A stretch of 64,000 nucleotides of DNA from Camelus dromedarius (GCF_036321535.1 NC_087437.1:77750001-77814000), one strand, 5' to 3'; counted from the first letter of the stretch, positions 37,145 through 51,145 are shown. The notes: generated from the letters alone by a model not told the origin. Translations and numbers: made by a program.

Positions 37145-39070
37145 AGCACACAAATACTTTTTAAATTGGACAATCAGAATATCTAACCTCATTAAGCAGA
37201 GTGAAGACTAATCTCTTCAGAAATGACCTTTTCTATTAATAACAAATTATCCCACGACTTTATCTAAAGATTGTCTTATCTAGCTCAATTGCTCTGTTTT
37301 GTTAATGTGCTTAACACCACCAAGGTCCAAAAGACCTTGTAGAGAATGGGGAATGAGATGGGTCATGCAGAATGATGTCTGCAAAGTTTAACAAACCTGA
37401 AGACCATGAGGGGGCTATAAAAAATATATTTCCTTTTCAGTGACTGGGGAGGACAGAAAGCTTTTTAAAGACTGTTTAGATGACAATGTTTAAAGCATTA
37501 ACCTTCCATCTCCTTCCGCTCCATCCTCATTTTCTTTCTTTGCACACACAAAATAAGAAGCAAAGCTCTTTGTAATTTCTTGGAACAGAATTTACTCTTT
37601 TTTTTTTTTAAAGGTTATCAATCCATTTTGAATGACATTAAGCCAAAAATATGACATATCGTTATGTAATGAAGATATACTGGCAGTGTTAATGCCTCTC
37701 TCTAAAGGAAAATCATTGGCTATGAAATAATTCCCCTGATTTGCAAAATTCAGACATGCTCCTCTATGTAACAAACATTTAATGGTAAAACCTGCAATGC
37801 ACTGTTGCACTTTGTTGTCACGATGTGCAATGTTTCACATGTAGAAAACCTCTTCTGATCATATTTATCTTTTCACATGTCCCTAAAGTTTTTCTGATAG
37901 AAAAAATTAATTGGATAATTAAAAAATCCACATACTTTAAAAAGGAGAGTTGAAGTGAAGATGTCGGGATTTCTGCTAAGCATTTTAAACTTACCATGAC
38001 TGGAAGTGTTAAGGCTTTGAGAATAGCCAGTTGTTGAAAGTTAAGAAAAAGGAAGAGAGAGAAAGCAGAAATAGTTTAGTTCTCATTTGTAAAAAGTTCA
38101 TGCATTGCTTATAAAACATACTCTGTAAATCTGTGAATTTCCATGCTCTGAATGTTTCCTTTATCTTTGGGCAGAATCAGCAACTCATTCTCAGCTAATC
38201 CTTTGTTTGCAGTGAAAGGTAGTCAATGGCATTTCATCTTATTTGCTAATTTTCGGCATAAACTGATTCTAAGCTCTTGCTACGTAAGATGTATCCCACT
38301 GGCTTGCACACTTTGAGTACAACCTCAGGTTCTTCTACAAAAATAAACTCTTATTCATATTGCTTTTTTTCTTTTTCACAAGTTTGGCATCTCACTCTTC
38401 CACCACCTGAATGTGAGTCTTTTTTTTTTTTTTTTGAATCAGGACTCAGTCTTCATAGACTCTTTTTCTTTCTACACCCATCATCATGTTTTTTTCTCCC
38501 TTTGTAGAACAAAACAAGTTTCACCCTTGCTTTGTTCGCTCCCTCTTCACACCAAAATGTCCTTCTTGTACTGCAGTTCATATTAAAGAGGATTCTTCTT
38601 ACAGTCTGAGATACCACCAGCCCCTAAATGGCTTCAATGGCCTGCAGCATCTAAGGGAAAAAACCAAAGAGCTAAGTTCCTTTCTGGTTCCCTAGCTTTC
38701 TGATGGGGAATGCGGGGTCAGCGGCCGGGCCAGAGAGACCTCGCAGCTTCAGGACCTCAAGCTCATCACCTCAGGTGTCACTCAGTCACGAAGAAGTGGT
38801 GTTATTTTGGTAAAGAGGATGTAAGATGTCCAAAGCTCCCAGGCAAAAAAATCTCTCCCAACCTGAATGAGTAAGGAGGAAGTGAGGGAAGTTTCGGAAA
38901 GAAGGAGAAAAGATGCATTAATGCATCAAAGAGAAGAGAGGCACCTGGGAGTAGCAATAAGAATAAAAAAGAAGATAAATAGATGGGGTATCATAAAGGT
39001 AAGGAGAAAGCATTGCTGCCTGGCAAACTGGCATTCAACATACCCTCTTTGGGGGAGGAGTGCAGATATC

Positions 39071-39234
39071 TCTTTTATTTCTCTTTTATTAAAGTATAGT
39101 CAGTTTACAATGTTGTGGCACTTACATGTGGAATCTAAAAAAAAAGATACAAATGAACTTATTTACAAAACAGAAACAGACTCACAGACATAGAAAACAA
39201 ACTTAAGGTTACCAGCAGGGGAAACGATGTGGGA
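39071..39234 (-). mobile_element. Short rearranged (5'-inverted) L1 insertion
   Basis: The extreme L1 3' end on the minus strand (39071-39117) is joined to the ORF2-end/3' UTR start on the plus strand (about 39118-39234). Confidence 0.8.
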
Positions 39235-39689
39235 ATGAATATGCTTTTCAAAAGAGGGACCAACCATTTTTTCCTTCCTCTCAGATAAATGAGTTCAGCT
39301 GCTTAGGCTGAAAAAGGAAAAGGAAAGAAGGAAGGAAGGAAGGAAGGAACTCCATCATCATCAAATAAAAGATCTCTTGCTATATTCTAGAATATGTCAG
39401 ACTACTGATGTCACGGTTTATTCTTCCCTTATAAAAGACTAGCAAAATCATTCTGATTACAAGAAAAGTTGATGACTTTATAAAGAGAAATAAAGCTACT
39501 TTTACATAATGAATGCAGTAATTTTTTTTTCTAAAGGACCCCAAATCCTCACAGAGATACCCACATTGGTACTTCTTTCTAGCAGGCAACTGGTAAAGAA
39601 AAGGTGGTTTCATTTTGTAGTGGGAAAAATGAGACAGGACACTCTTACTTGGTTTTGATATATAAAGAGATTTTAAAGACACCATCTTT

Positions 39690-39880
39690 AGTTGGACAAA
39701 ACAATCCTGGGATCAAACGCTGGCTTCATCATTGACACACTTTACCCTTGAGAAATTTTTCAAACATCCTAAACCTCAGTTTCCTCATGTATAAGCTGGC
39801 GATAGTGATAGTCCTTATTTCTTAGAGTTGTTGGGAAGCCAAAATGAGTGAATTTAAATTACCTCAGCAGACAGCCTGAT
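39690..39880 (+). mobile_element. MIR SINE (apparently interrupted by the following LTR)
   Basis: aacctcagtttcctcatgtataa...agagttgttgggaag...aaatgag core. Confidence 0.7.
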
Positions 39881-40350
39881 ACATCAGAATTTTCCATCAC
39901 TACTATGACAAATAACCACAGACCTAGTGGCTAAAAAAATAAGAATTTATTATCTTACAGTTCCTGGAGGTCAGAAGTCTGAGCTGGGTCTCACTGGGCT
40001 AGAATCAAGGTGTCAGCAGGGTGGTGTTCCTTTCTGGAGGTTCTGGGGGAGAAGCCATTTTCTTGCTGCCTTCTAGAAGCTGTGTGCAGTATATTCCTTG
40101 TCTTACACTCCCATCCCTTTATCTTCAAAGCCAGAAAGCAAGCAGCAAAGCTTTCCTGCTTTTAACGACTCCTGTAATTAGGTTGGGGCACCGGGACAGT
40201 CCAGGATAATCTCCTCCTCATCCTAATGTTCTTAACATGAATCACATCAGCAATGTCCCTCTTGCCATGTGAAGAAACATATTCATGGGTTCCAGGGACG
40301 AGCCGGTGGACATCTCTGGTTGAGGTCTGGTCATGATCCTGCTTACCATA
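39881..40350 (-). mobile_element. MaLR solo LTR (MLT1D-like)
   Basis: atcttacagttcctggaggtcagaagtctga...gggtctcactgggctagaatcaaggtgtcagcaggg...ccaggataatctc is the reverse complement of MLT1D. Confidence 0.85.
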
Positions 40351-40399
40351 GTCGGCTACTTTATGAATGGGATCACTTTATTATTATTATCCTCATCAT

Positions 40400-40620
40400 T
40401 ACCATTTTATTGGCATTAGCTCGGTCATACACCTTTAGACTCTCATCGCTTACATATTACTAGTGACCCTAACCTCCAACACACAACCACATCACTCATT
40501 TCTCAGCTGAAGAATGAGAGACCAAGAGATGGGAGATGACTTACACAAGGCCATCCAGCCAGCTAATGCTGACTTTCTACAATTCACAGTTCATGACTCA
40601 GTACAGCGCTTCCCCCATAT
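40400..40620 (-). mobile_element. MIR fragment
   Basis: ctcatttctcagctgaagaatgagag...gatgacttacacaaggcca. Confidence 0.5.
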
Positions 40621-43600
40621 TACATTGCTGAGAACAGTAATCGAAAATGTATACCTAATATTTATACCTGACTTGAAGTTTATTTTGCATAGAACCTCAA
40701 AAATGTCAAGCTAATTACTTAATTTGCATAACTGAGAACATAAAACAATTTTCCTACTTTTCATAGGATGATCTTAAGCTATACTAGGAAGAATGTGTAT
40801 AACTTCTAAACTTTCCTGTGTTCAGATTAGAATTTAGATTTGAAAAAAGTGAGTTTTTAGAGAATATTCTATCTCTATGCCTTTTTTTTCTTGCTATTTT
40901 TTTCTTATATTTTTCTTTCCTTTCCCTTTTTTGTTTCCATAGTTCTGAATGACGATGTTGTGTGTTCAGTAGGAAGAATTAACACCTCAAGAAGTCAGCA
41001 AGTTATTTCATTTTTAATTTACGATAGCATTATATCAACAATTTATTATTCCATTTTCCTTCTAAGAGTATCCATGTTGATTCAAATAGGCTACCCCCTA
41101 GGACTGTTCAAAATATTCTGGATATCAGTTTGAAAATGTCTACCCATATACCTTGCTAGAGGGAAATAAGCATAGGTTAATGATATCTTACAAACCTAAT
41201 GTTAGCCACTAGTTCTGTTTTGGTTAGATAAACACTTTATATAGACAAATCAAGGCAAAACTGTTTCTATTCTCTAACACATTTAAATCAAATTATGATT
41301 AGGTATTTGATGGCTATCATCTCTTATTCCCCCGGACCAATAAATTCATGGACATCACTTTTTAGTTGTTTCTTCCAGGCAAACTTTTCAAATTTCTAGA
41401 CATCTGATGCATTGCAGTATTGAACTGACTTGAATAATGAGAAACTTTGACAGAAGAGTTCTGTCAATATCTCAATAAATCAGACACCTCATCATTACTC
41501 CTTTTAAAAATTCTCCATTCTTTTTTTTCCTTAGGACACCATGGGAAGAGTTTACTTCATTAACAGAATAACTGGCATTTTCTGACCAAAAGACTACCCA
41601 CAATAAATTTAGCTATTTGAAATTTCCCAATGATGGAATTTCTGCTTTATATGTAAGTGATAAATGGCAAGTGTATTTTTCCAAAATATCCCAGCCATTT
41701 TCAATATATCTTCTCATGGCAGTATTATATCCCTTAATATACAAGTGCCCTGAGTATAAACACAAGTATAGCACACATGATGTTCAAAGTATGTACTATT
41801 CTGTGAGAAGCTGGCTTTTCACTGGAAAATTCTTCCCTGTTAATTTGTGTTCAAATTACAGGTTAACATTAGGTAGAAACTGCAGACAGTGGAAATTCAT
41901 TTTTCATTTATAGGAGCCCATGCAGGGTCAAAGATAATGGCTATTCAGAAAGGTTAGTGCCAAGAACATCCAAGATTTATTGAGTCCAATTCAATAAATG
42001 ATGAAGAAGGAAACAGTCCAATAGAAGTATATTTTTAATTTAATTTTACATGAAGAGAACTTTAGAAACCACAATCCTAAATCCTATATCGTGCTTTTTT
42101 CTCAACCATTCCTGCAAAGCAACACACACACACAGAATTACATCTCAAATAATAGAAAATACACAGGAAATAAAGAATCACTGGACACAAGTGTGTACTT
42201 AAGAAAGAATAACTTCCATTTTCAAATGCACTACAGGCTAAGAGGATTCAGTGTCACAAAGTAAACCTAAGCAGATATCTTTATTTACCAGATTTCTTTC
42301 ATTAAGTATTAAAATAATTCTATCGAGTACAGTCATTTGACATCACTCTTCTGGTACAAGATAGCAACTGAGTTATTTGTGAAAGGGTAGGGACAGAAGA
42401 GGCTCAAATATTTGGTATGTAGAAAATGTGAGGTAAAAACTTGACTACAATGCCTAAATAAGGAAGACACTTGCAACCTAGAAACTCTTAATAAAGGAGA
42501 CCTTTAGGAGAGAGGCCATTTGCAGCCTAAGATTTATTTTTGAGCCTCACTTCTCCCAACTCCTTAGTTACTTTGCTGGGGAAACAAAATATCTTAAAAC
42601 GTGCACTGGAATCAGATCTGAGTGGTAGGATCCGATAGCAGCACTAATTCTACTTCTAAAGTCTGGCACAATGACCAGAATGTGAAAAATAACACAGGTG
42701 AAAATCATTAAGTGGTGACCCAGCTAAATGTGTTCAAGTGATGTATGGGGAAAAATACCCAGATAAATTTTTTTTTTTATGTAATAAGTCTTTTCTCTAT
42801 AACATGACAGTCTTCAGAGAATGTAGTTTATATTCAGTCCAGTGAAATAGGTTGAATTATGCCTAAAGGCAGCATAAATGTGTATATTTACACTGACACC
42901 TCTTTTATATATCTTTCCCTGAAGAATGAAATGTTCTGGATGAGAAAAATTTTAAGATAACTAAAATATACCCATTTAATTATAAAACTGTATTAGCAAA
43001 ACATGCTTTGACATCCTGGGTGGCATTTTATCAAAAAATGCATTGAACACTCCAATGATTTATCCATCAAACTTAGTAATAGGCTAAGCATAATCTGTCC
43101 TATTTTTGATGATACCACAGTCATAATTATTGTCCTGTATTTAAGAGAATGGATTCCCTGGGAGGTACCCTGTTGTCTGAGTGTGTTGGACCACCCACTA
43201 AACGCCTCCTGGATTGCTATATTTTCCCAGATCCTGATCTTCAATCTCCTCCATACTGTCAACCATCATTTCTTTAGTGTGTCTGGTTTAATGATTTTCC
43301 CTTCCTCTCCTTGTTTCTTCTAAACTGTCTTCCACTAAAACGAACTAAATCATAACGGGGAATCAGACAACTGAGATTTAAAATCCAGCAGTCTTAATTA
43401 TTCACACAAGAACCTTAATCAGTAGACTCAATTTTTTTTTTTTTAATTACCAAAGTCCTGGCAACACTTTCTCCTCCTTGCTTAAGGATAGATACAGAGC
43501 TAGTTCTGGATGAATATTATTGTAATCATTTCTAAAAATCTGACTTATGAATACATATGGTACACATGGATTTGCTTTCTATCACCTTAAAGCATCAGAA

Positions 43601-43654
43601 TATAATATGTACTGGGATATGCAAAAAAGATAGTACTTATTGACTTCACATGGA

Positions 43655-43767
43655 AGCTTCTCAGAGATAAGAAACTCAGCACCACCCCCACTGCAGGACC
43701 TACTGAATCCGAATTTTGACAATATCCACACAAAATCCTTTTGCACATTAAATTTGAGAAGCACTGA
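43655..43767 (+). mobile_element. MER5A-family MITE fragment
   Basis: gacctactgaatccgaat...gcacattaaatttgagaagcactg terminal repeat. Confidence 0.65.
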
Positions 43768-46682
43768 TTTAGAACATAATACTCTCCAACAATAGGCTCT
43801 CCAATGAAGAACTTTCATTAATATCATCGGAGAAATCAGGATTTTCTGAGTTTTAGATCTCAGTTTTTCCCTTTAATACTTTTCCTTCTGCCTTCATGGA
43901 GTATTTTTATTTTCTGACGTACCCTTCGCAAGATGTTGTTATCTTCAAGAAAAAATATCTGAGTTCAAATAAATTTGTTGCAGATAAATAGATATATTAC
44001 TCAACTTAATTTAGAGCCATGAATCATAGATTTTTAAATCTCCGAGGAACTTGGTGCCCATTTTTGCTACTAGGCCTGTGTCTAAATTAAAGCTTTATTC
44101 ATTTACTCCTGGAGTTCTCCTGGTCTCCATTCCTGCCTGGGTTGACCTTGTCATTTAGGTTGGCGGTACTCTGTGCAGGCTCCTTGAATTTTGCTGGTTC
44201 AATCTAGGAACTCTTCTTAATGTAGCAACTTAAACTTTCCCCGTTACATCATTAGCTCTCATGTGCTGGTCTAGCTCTCTGCCTTGTAGGTCTTTAGTTG
44301 TATCTCTGGGGTTAGACAAAAAATTCAACCTCACCTACATCTCTGACCTCATAACTCTTAACAATAACTACTAACGTTAGTCACGACAAAGGCATGATTG
44401 CAGGAGATTATGATTTCTGGTGAAAGGAAGAAAAATTAAGAGCTCTTCTGTTTCCCGCCCCTCTTTCTTGGTATCTTTCATAGCTCTCAGATTACTTGTC
44501 CTCTTTGTATTGCTTTTGTCTCATTCTTCCTTAGAGCTAATAGGAGAGCATGGGGCAGGAACCCTACACTTCCTTCTCACAAGCCTATGACATAAACCAG
44601 AAGAAAGGGAACAAGAGTTGACCCCAAAATTAGATTTTAGTCTAGTCCTTATTTAGATATACATTCCATTAGACGGAATTCAGCCCAGCTAGCCAAGAGC
44701 ACAGATTACACAGGACTTAAAGTTTAAACACTAATTAGTAATAAAAAAGTATAATGGACCTAGAATCTCCCTCAAGCATAACTCTCCATAAGGATCTGGG
44801 AGATGGATGCCAAGGGAAAAAAAGAATGGGAGGAGGCCTTCTTATTAAAAATGTCAGTGGGCCCCAGATAATTTTGCATGGTTAGATTTCTTTTTTTAAA
44901 AAAAATCCACCTCCAAAATTTATGACTCTTGAGTCTTAGCTGGTTTCTCCAAATGAAAGCGCTCCTTTTTACAGGGCTTATAGATAACACTCTTGCAAAA
45001 CTAGGCAAAAATCCTCTCCCTTCACTGGTAACCTATTTTGAATCTGAGCCTAGCACAGCAACTAAATAAATAAATAGTCTTGTGCTCTGTTCAGAGAGAT
45101 AGCACAAGAATAATTCACTGTTAAAAATAACCTGATTTTTAATGCAAGTGTTTATTTAAAAAATATAATTCATCTATTTTCAAGTTAGACCTCATACTAA
45201 CCAATTCGAAAATTAATGTTGAAAGATAAATGAAAGCTATTTCCTGAAGCAAGTTTTTCATTTATATTTTTAGGAATGCCTTTGGATTGGTTAACTATCA
45301 GAAGCTGACCTTCCTAAATGCCCCATATCTAGTGAATTAATGTAACTGTCTATAAATGCATCCTGTTCTGTGGTAAATTACATGGTAAACAACGGGTGCA
45401 ATTATAACAGATGCATGCTCACTAAGATGCATAAGATGAGAATTCAAAATGATGGAGAACACGTTCTCTCCTTATTAAAAACAAGTCCTCATTCCCCCTT
45501 GTGGACTTTGTCATGCAATTTGCTCTCTTTCTACTCCTCTCCCCATTAAAGAATTACTGAGTCACAGTTAAGTCTAATATAAAGACACAACTGAAGTTTG
45601 TTAAATGCCCACTTGGAAGGTACAAAGTATATCAGGCTTTATAAACTGATATAATAGTCTAATTCAGAAAATAGCCATTTATGTGAAAATTCAGTAAGCA
45701 CCACAACACCTCAAATAACTAAGTGGAGCAAGTGCCCACTATGCATGGGAGCATTTTTATAAAATCAAGCTGAGCTTTAGAAGTATCCATCACAATATTA
45801 AGATCTTCATTCAATAAACTGGACTGGTGTCTCTCCCAGTAGGACTGTCACTGTAATGACACTGCCCAGCAGGGTGCTGTTCTATGAAGCATGGGAGGAT
45901 CAATGCTTCCATCTAAAAACATTAATTTTAGAAAAGTTCAAAGTTGCTGCAAATAGATTAACTTTTTTAATGGTTTAGTTAAAGGTTATTGAAACTATGA
46001 TTTAATCCAAAACAAAAGTTTGTAAACAATAACTTTCTAATAAGAGATTTGATCTTGTTATTTTGGCAGCTGGTGAAACATGAAGAGGAGTAAGCCCTTG
46101 CTTGACATGGATTGTAAGAATTTGTCTTTTTGGTAAATCAATATAATGTGTGCTAATTGGTGGAACAGAGACAAAGCTTAAATTTCCATGGCATTATTTT
46201 GATTCATATAAATTTGTGCTTTTCTTAAATTGTCTTTACAAGTTGTTAATGAACGTTTGTCACTAGAGCACTCAGTGGTAGATCAAATACTAGCTTCAAA
46301 AATACAAAATTGATCACAGATAGGTAATTTCATATTGGTTAACTTAAAACCAAGGCTGGTAGACACATAATTTCTTTAGTGCCGTGATTATCACTTAATA
46401 ACCCAAATGGTTGGTCTGTACTATATATTTATGGAATGAATAATAAATGGTGGATAGTTGACATAACTCTCTCATCTATCAGTCGTCTTATAGACCTAAT
46501 GCTTAAATCCATATTGACTTAGTGTGTCTTCTACATTCCAGGAAGCATAGAAGCAGGTGGATTTCTTCTGTATTTTTTGGTTATATGTGATGCTCTTACC
46601 TCTAGCTCTCTCTTTTCTTCTTCTCTTCCTTCTCCCCCCCTTCCTTTTCTCTGTCTCTCTCTCCTGTACACAGGCACACAGA

Positions 46683-46704
46683 CACACACACACACACACA
46701 CACA
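46683..46704. repeat. (CA)11 microsatellite next to a CT-rich tract (46600-46665)
   Basis: Read directly from the sequence. Confidence 0.9.
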
Positions 46705-48329
46705 ATGTAGTTCTGTCTAGCATATCAAAAATAAACTAAATTATCTACTAGGGTTCCTTTCAGGACTGTAATCACAAGATTTCTCTCAAACATATATCAA
46801 GGGAGTACCCAAAGCAAAACACAATGGCATTTTTTGATCAGAAGCAAACTGTGTATAAGCATTGATGTCAGTAATTTGGATGCACCATCCCCAGGCTTCT
46901 TTTCACGCTGCATTAGAGATACAACATTTGGTTTTGGAAGAAAAACTGCTTTTATTTTTATCTCCATAGGTAAATTGGAGTTGATTTTCATAACTCAATA
47001 TTTGACCATTAAACATGGGATATATGAGATTAGTATATTTTAATTTTTAAGCAAATATTTTTGGGACATTTGGTAAATATTGAGAATGTTTTTGAGATTC
47101 TCTACTATCTTCTAAAGAAATTCTTCCTGATTTTAAGTTTGTGTATGGGCTTAGTGTAAAGTATTTGCTTTCCCATAGTCTGAGCATGTACTGGGTCAGT
47201 AGCTTCCCAGTTGTTTCTCTGCTTGAGCAAAGTTTTCATTTTGGTGGCACATATACATGACGGCTGTTCATTCCATATATTTATGTTGAAAGCATATTAA
47301 CCTGAGGACCTGGGGGTAATTATCATCATGTACAAATGTCTTTGGATGTTAATACCTCTTCTCCCCTTCTCCTGATTGTCTGGACCCTGATATTACTATG
47401 TACTAATGTCTTTGGGTCTATGTGGTACTGACAACACCTTGAAACTCATTCACACTGATTTTGGCTAAGAAATCTTGAGTTTTGCTAAATACAGTTAACT
47501 GTGTATAATTCAACAAACATCTTTTTCCCCACCGTGGGGTTATGTATTAATATTGACCAGTAATAATAATGTGACTCACTGACCTTTGTTTGTCTGGAGT
47601 CATTTAGATTTAACAACTTTTTCCTTGAGACCTGGGTGTGACAATCATATAAAGTGCCATTTGAATGAAGCTTGTGAAGGAAAACATCATCAATACCCTG
47701 CTTATAGATATTCTTGATTTGGTTTCCCAGTTGTTATAGAATGAAAGTAATTCATCCAGTAGAGCAAACACGGCAAAAGTTGCTCTTGAACTTTACTATT
47801 TGCACTATTTCAACATTTTCTTGTGTGGCTGATTTTCTGATAAATGATATGAACTTGACATATGATGGCTATATTTGTCTACTTTTATCCCCTAGGAAAT
47901 TACTTCTGATCAAGAATGCTTTCCTGCTTATTTCCAATACTGTATGTAAAATATTGACACTACAAGGGCCATTTTATTGACTCTCTAACTTTTACAAATA
48001 AAGTAAAATATAAAGACACATTGAGGCTTGTTTAAGAACCCACAGCTCGCTAAAAAGCACTTGTAACTTAATTGGGTTTGGTAAAACCCCAGACAGGCAA
48101 AGCTCTGACATTCAGAATACAGCAAACTATAAATCTGGTAAAAAATTGTTCATCACCACATGTACTTCATTTCACCCACCTTCATCTCAATGTAACTTGT
48201 CACATATGTTCTATAATATGCATTCCTTGTTTCATGGTACCTGCTACTCTTCTTTCCTCTCTGAGTGACCCTTCTCCTTTCCTGCCTGCCTGGCTGTTTA
48301 AGTAAACCAACTACATCCAGCTGCAGGGA

Positions 48330-48765
48330 TCTGTCTGTATATTTAGACTTGACCATGCTCCTGTGATCCAGACCCATATTTGCAATTGCTCACAAGTCCT
48401 CTTCAGCTGAATGTTTCACACACACCCTAAATTTAATATGGCCCAAACTGAACCCATTATTTTCTTGTTCTCCTTACTCTATCACCCATAGGCAAGAAAT
48501 TTTTCTCTGGTATTTTCTACTAGGTTGCTAATTCAACAATCTATACAGACAACCAAACTGGGCACTTGGGTATCACTCTAGATTACCCTACCACCCTCAA
48601 TCTGCCACAATCACAAATTTTCCTTAACATCTTATATGGAAACCTGTCATTTGTCCCATCCTCAATCTCCCCACTCTACCACAGTTCACTGTAATGCCTT
48701 ACACAGAGTAGGTGCTCTATAAATACTTACTGATGAATGAATAGAACAAGAGTGAGCAAATGAAT
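48330..48765 (+). mobile_element. L2 3' fragments
   Basis: ccagacccatatttgcaattgc...ccaaactgaac...cacagagtaggtgctctataaatacttactgatgaatgaat tail. Confidence 0.65.
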
Positions 48766-50023
48766 GATAAGACATGGTTTCTACCCTCATTTAGCACATT
48801 TTGTAACAAATGGAGAGAGACAAATGTATAGATATAAATATATACATATCAGCATACTATGTCCCAAGAAAAGTCATACATGAGAGGTACTTCACCTGAT
48901 CTGGGGCTCGAGGAAGTCTTTCCGAAGAATGAAAACCTAGGTAATGAATGATTATTTACTCATTTCTAATCTAATTTTCTACTAATCTCTTCAGATTGAG
49001 AAGAAGAAGAAATTTAGATGGTAACAAAGGGAATTCAGTGGTTTCCACAAAGACCAGTTTGGCTTTTCTACTCTCCAGGTAGCTATAACTGCTTAGATGT
49101 TCTTGGGTACAATTTTTCCTAAAAGAATAATGTCTGTTTTTCAAAATTAATTACTCACAGAGAAAGACTTGGCCCTAAATTTTGGTTACACATCATGAAA
49201 CATGCAGCTTCAATTAACTAGCAGGTTACATTTCTGTAACTCATATGAATTCAAATGAATCTTATGTTTTAATACATAATATAGGCTGCACAAACATATT
49301 GATAAACCCATAGGAATAGATTCAGTCTCAACCTTCTTGTGAGGTAAGCTCCATGGGCTGATCTCAGCTATGTGGTGATACTCAAAATGAACTGGCACTT
49401 CTAGAGGTCTTCACTGGATTTATTTGTTTTGAAATGGACAAATTATGTATTAATAATAATACTAATTCAAAATTTCCTAATTTATTCTTTAAAAAATTCT
49501 TCTTAAATTTTAGAAAATTTCTTCCTATATAATATAAATTAATATTAGTAAGAATGATCAAGTTTCAAGCAGTATTTCCTGGCTCTATTTTAAAATTTGT
49601 TTTCCATTAAACTTGCTTTTCAGGGTTAATTAGTCTAAAGTTATAAAACCTATCAAATAATAATCTTGTTTACTCTCTAATTAACAGATATGTAATTATT
49701 CAGTTAATAGTGAAGAAGCCAATAGATTTAACTCTCATTTTGAACTTAAACATAAACGGTCTTTAATAAATCAGTCAAATGGCTCAAACAACAGCTTTAT
49801 GATTTTATTAAAAAAAAAAAAAGACTAATACCCAAACAACAGACAAAGGGAAAATAGCTTTCTTTTATTTTTTTCCATCAAGAAAACCTCTCATCCCTAA
49901 ATTTGTGCAACTCTATGTCTTAATTCACTTTATGAAATAAATGGGGAGGTTCAATAAACAAAAATATTCTTCTGTTTGGTTCTTTTTGGTAAAGGTGCCA
50001 TTTAAAATTGGTATTTAATACCA

Positions 50024-51145
50024 AATACCCAAAACAATCTTGGGAAAGAACAAAGCTGGAGGTATCACACTCCCTGATTTCAAACTATAAAATAAAATAT
50101 TACAGTAATCAAAACACTATAGTATTGACATAAAAACAGACACAAAGATCAATGGAACAAAATAAAGAGACCATAAATAAACCCACACAAACATGTTCAA
50201 CTAATTTATGATGAAGGTGGCAAGGACACACAATGGGGACAAGACAGTCTCTTCAACAAATGGTGTTGGGAAAATTAGACAGCTACATGCAAAAAAATAA
50301 AACTGGACCATTATCTTATACCATATACAAAAATTAACTCAAAATGGATTAAAGACTTGAGGGGATGACTTGAAACCATAAAATTCTAGAAGAAAACATA
50401 GGCAGTAAGCTGTTTGACATCAGTCTTAGCAATTTTTTTTTAATCTGACTACAAAAGGCAAGGGAAACAAAAGCAAAAATAAACAAATGGGACTACATCA
50501 AACTAAAAAGCTTCTGCACAGTAAAAGAAACCATCAACAAAGTAAAATGGTAACCTACTGAATGAAAGAAGGTATTTGCAAATCATGTATCTGATAAGGG
50601 GTAAACTATGTAAAGAACTCATCTAAACTATGTAAAGAACTCATACAACTTAATAACAGAAAAACAAACAATTCAATTAAAAAATGAGCAGAGGATCTAA
50701 ATAGACATTTTTTCCAAAGAAGACATGCAGATGGCCAACAGGCACATGAAAACAGGCATCACTCATCATCAAGAAAATGCAAATCAAAACCACAATGAGA
50801 TACCACCTCACACCTGTCAGAACGACTATTATCAAGAGGACAAGAAACAAGTGTTGGCAACAATGCAGAGAAAAGGAAACCTTGTGCACTGTTGATGGAA
50901 TTTTTAATTAGTGTAGTAACTATGGAAAGCAGGATGGCAGGTCCTCAAAAAATTAAAAATAGAATTACAATACGATCCAGTAATTCCACTTCTGGGTATT
51001 TTTCCAAAGAAAATAAAAACGCTAATTTGAAAAGGTACATGCATCCTGCTATGTTTGTTGCAGCATTATTTACAATAGCCAAGATATGGAAGCAATCTAA
51101 ATGTCCTATCTAAATGTCCTTAGATAGGTGAATGGATAAAGAAGA

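Noticed and set aside
38710..38745. Short GC-rich patch as an alternative promoter or exon 1
   Set aside because: It is about 35 bp, with no CpG island or signal-peptide coding sequence.
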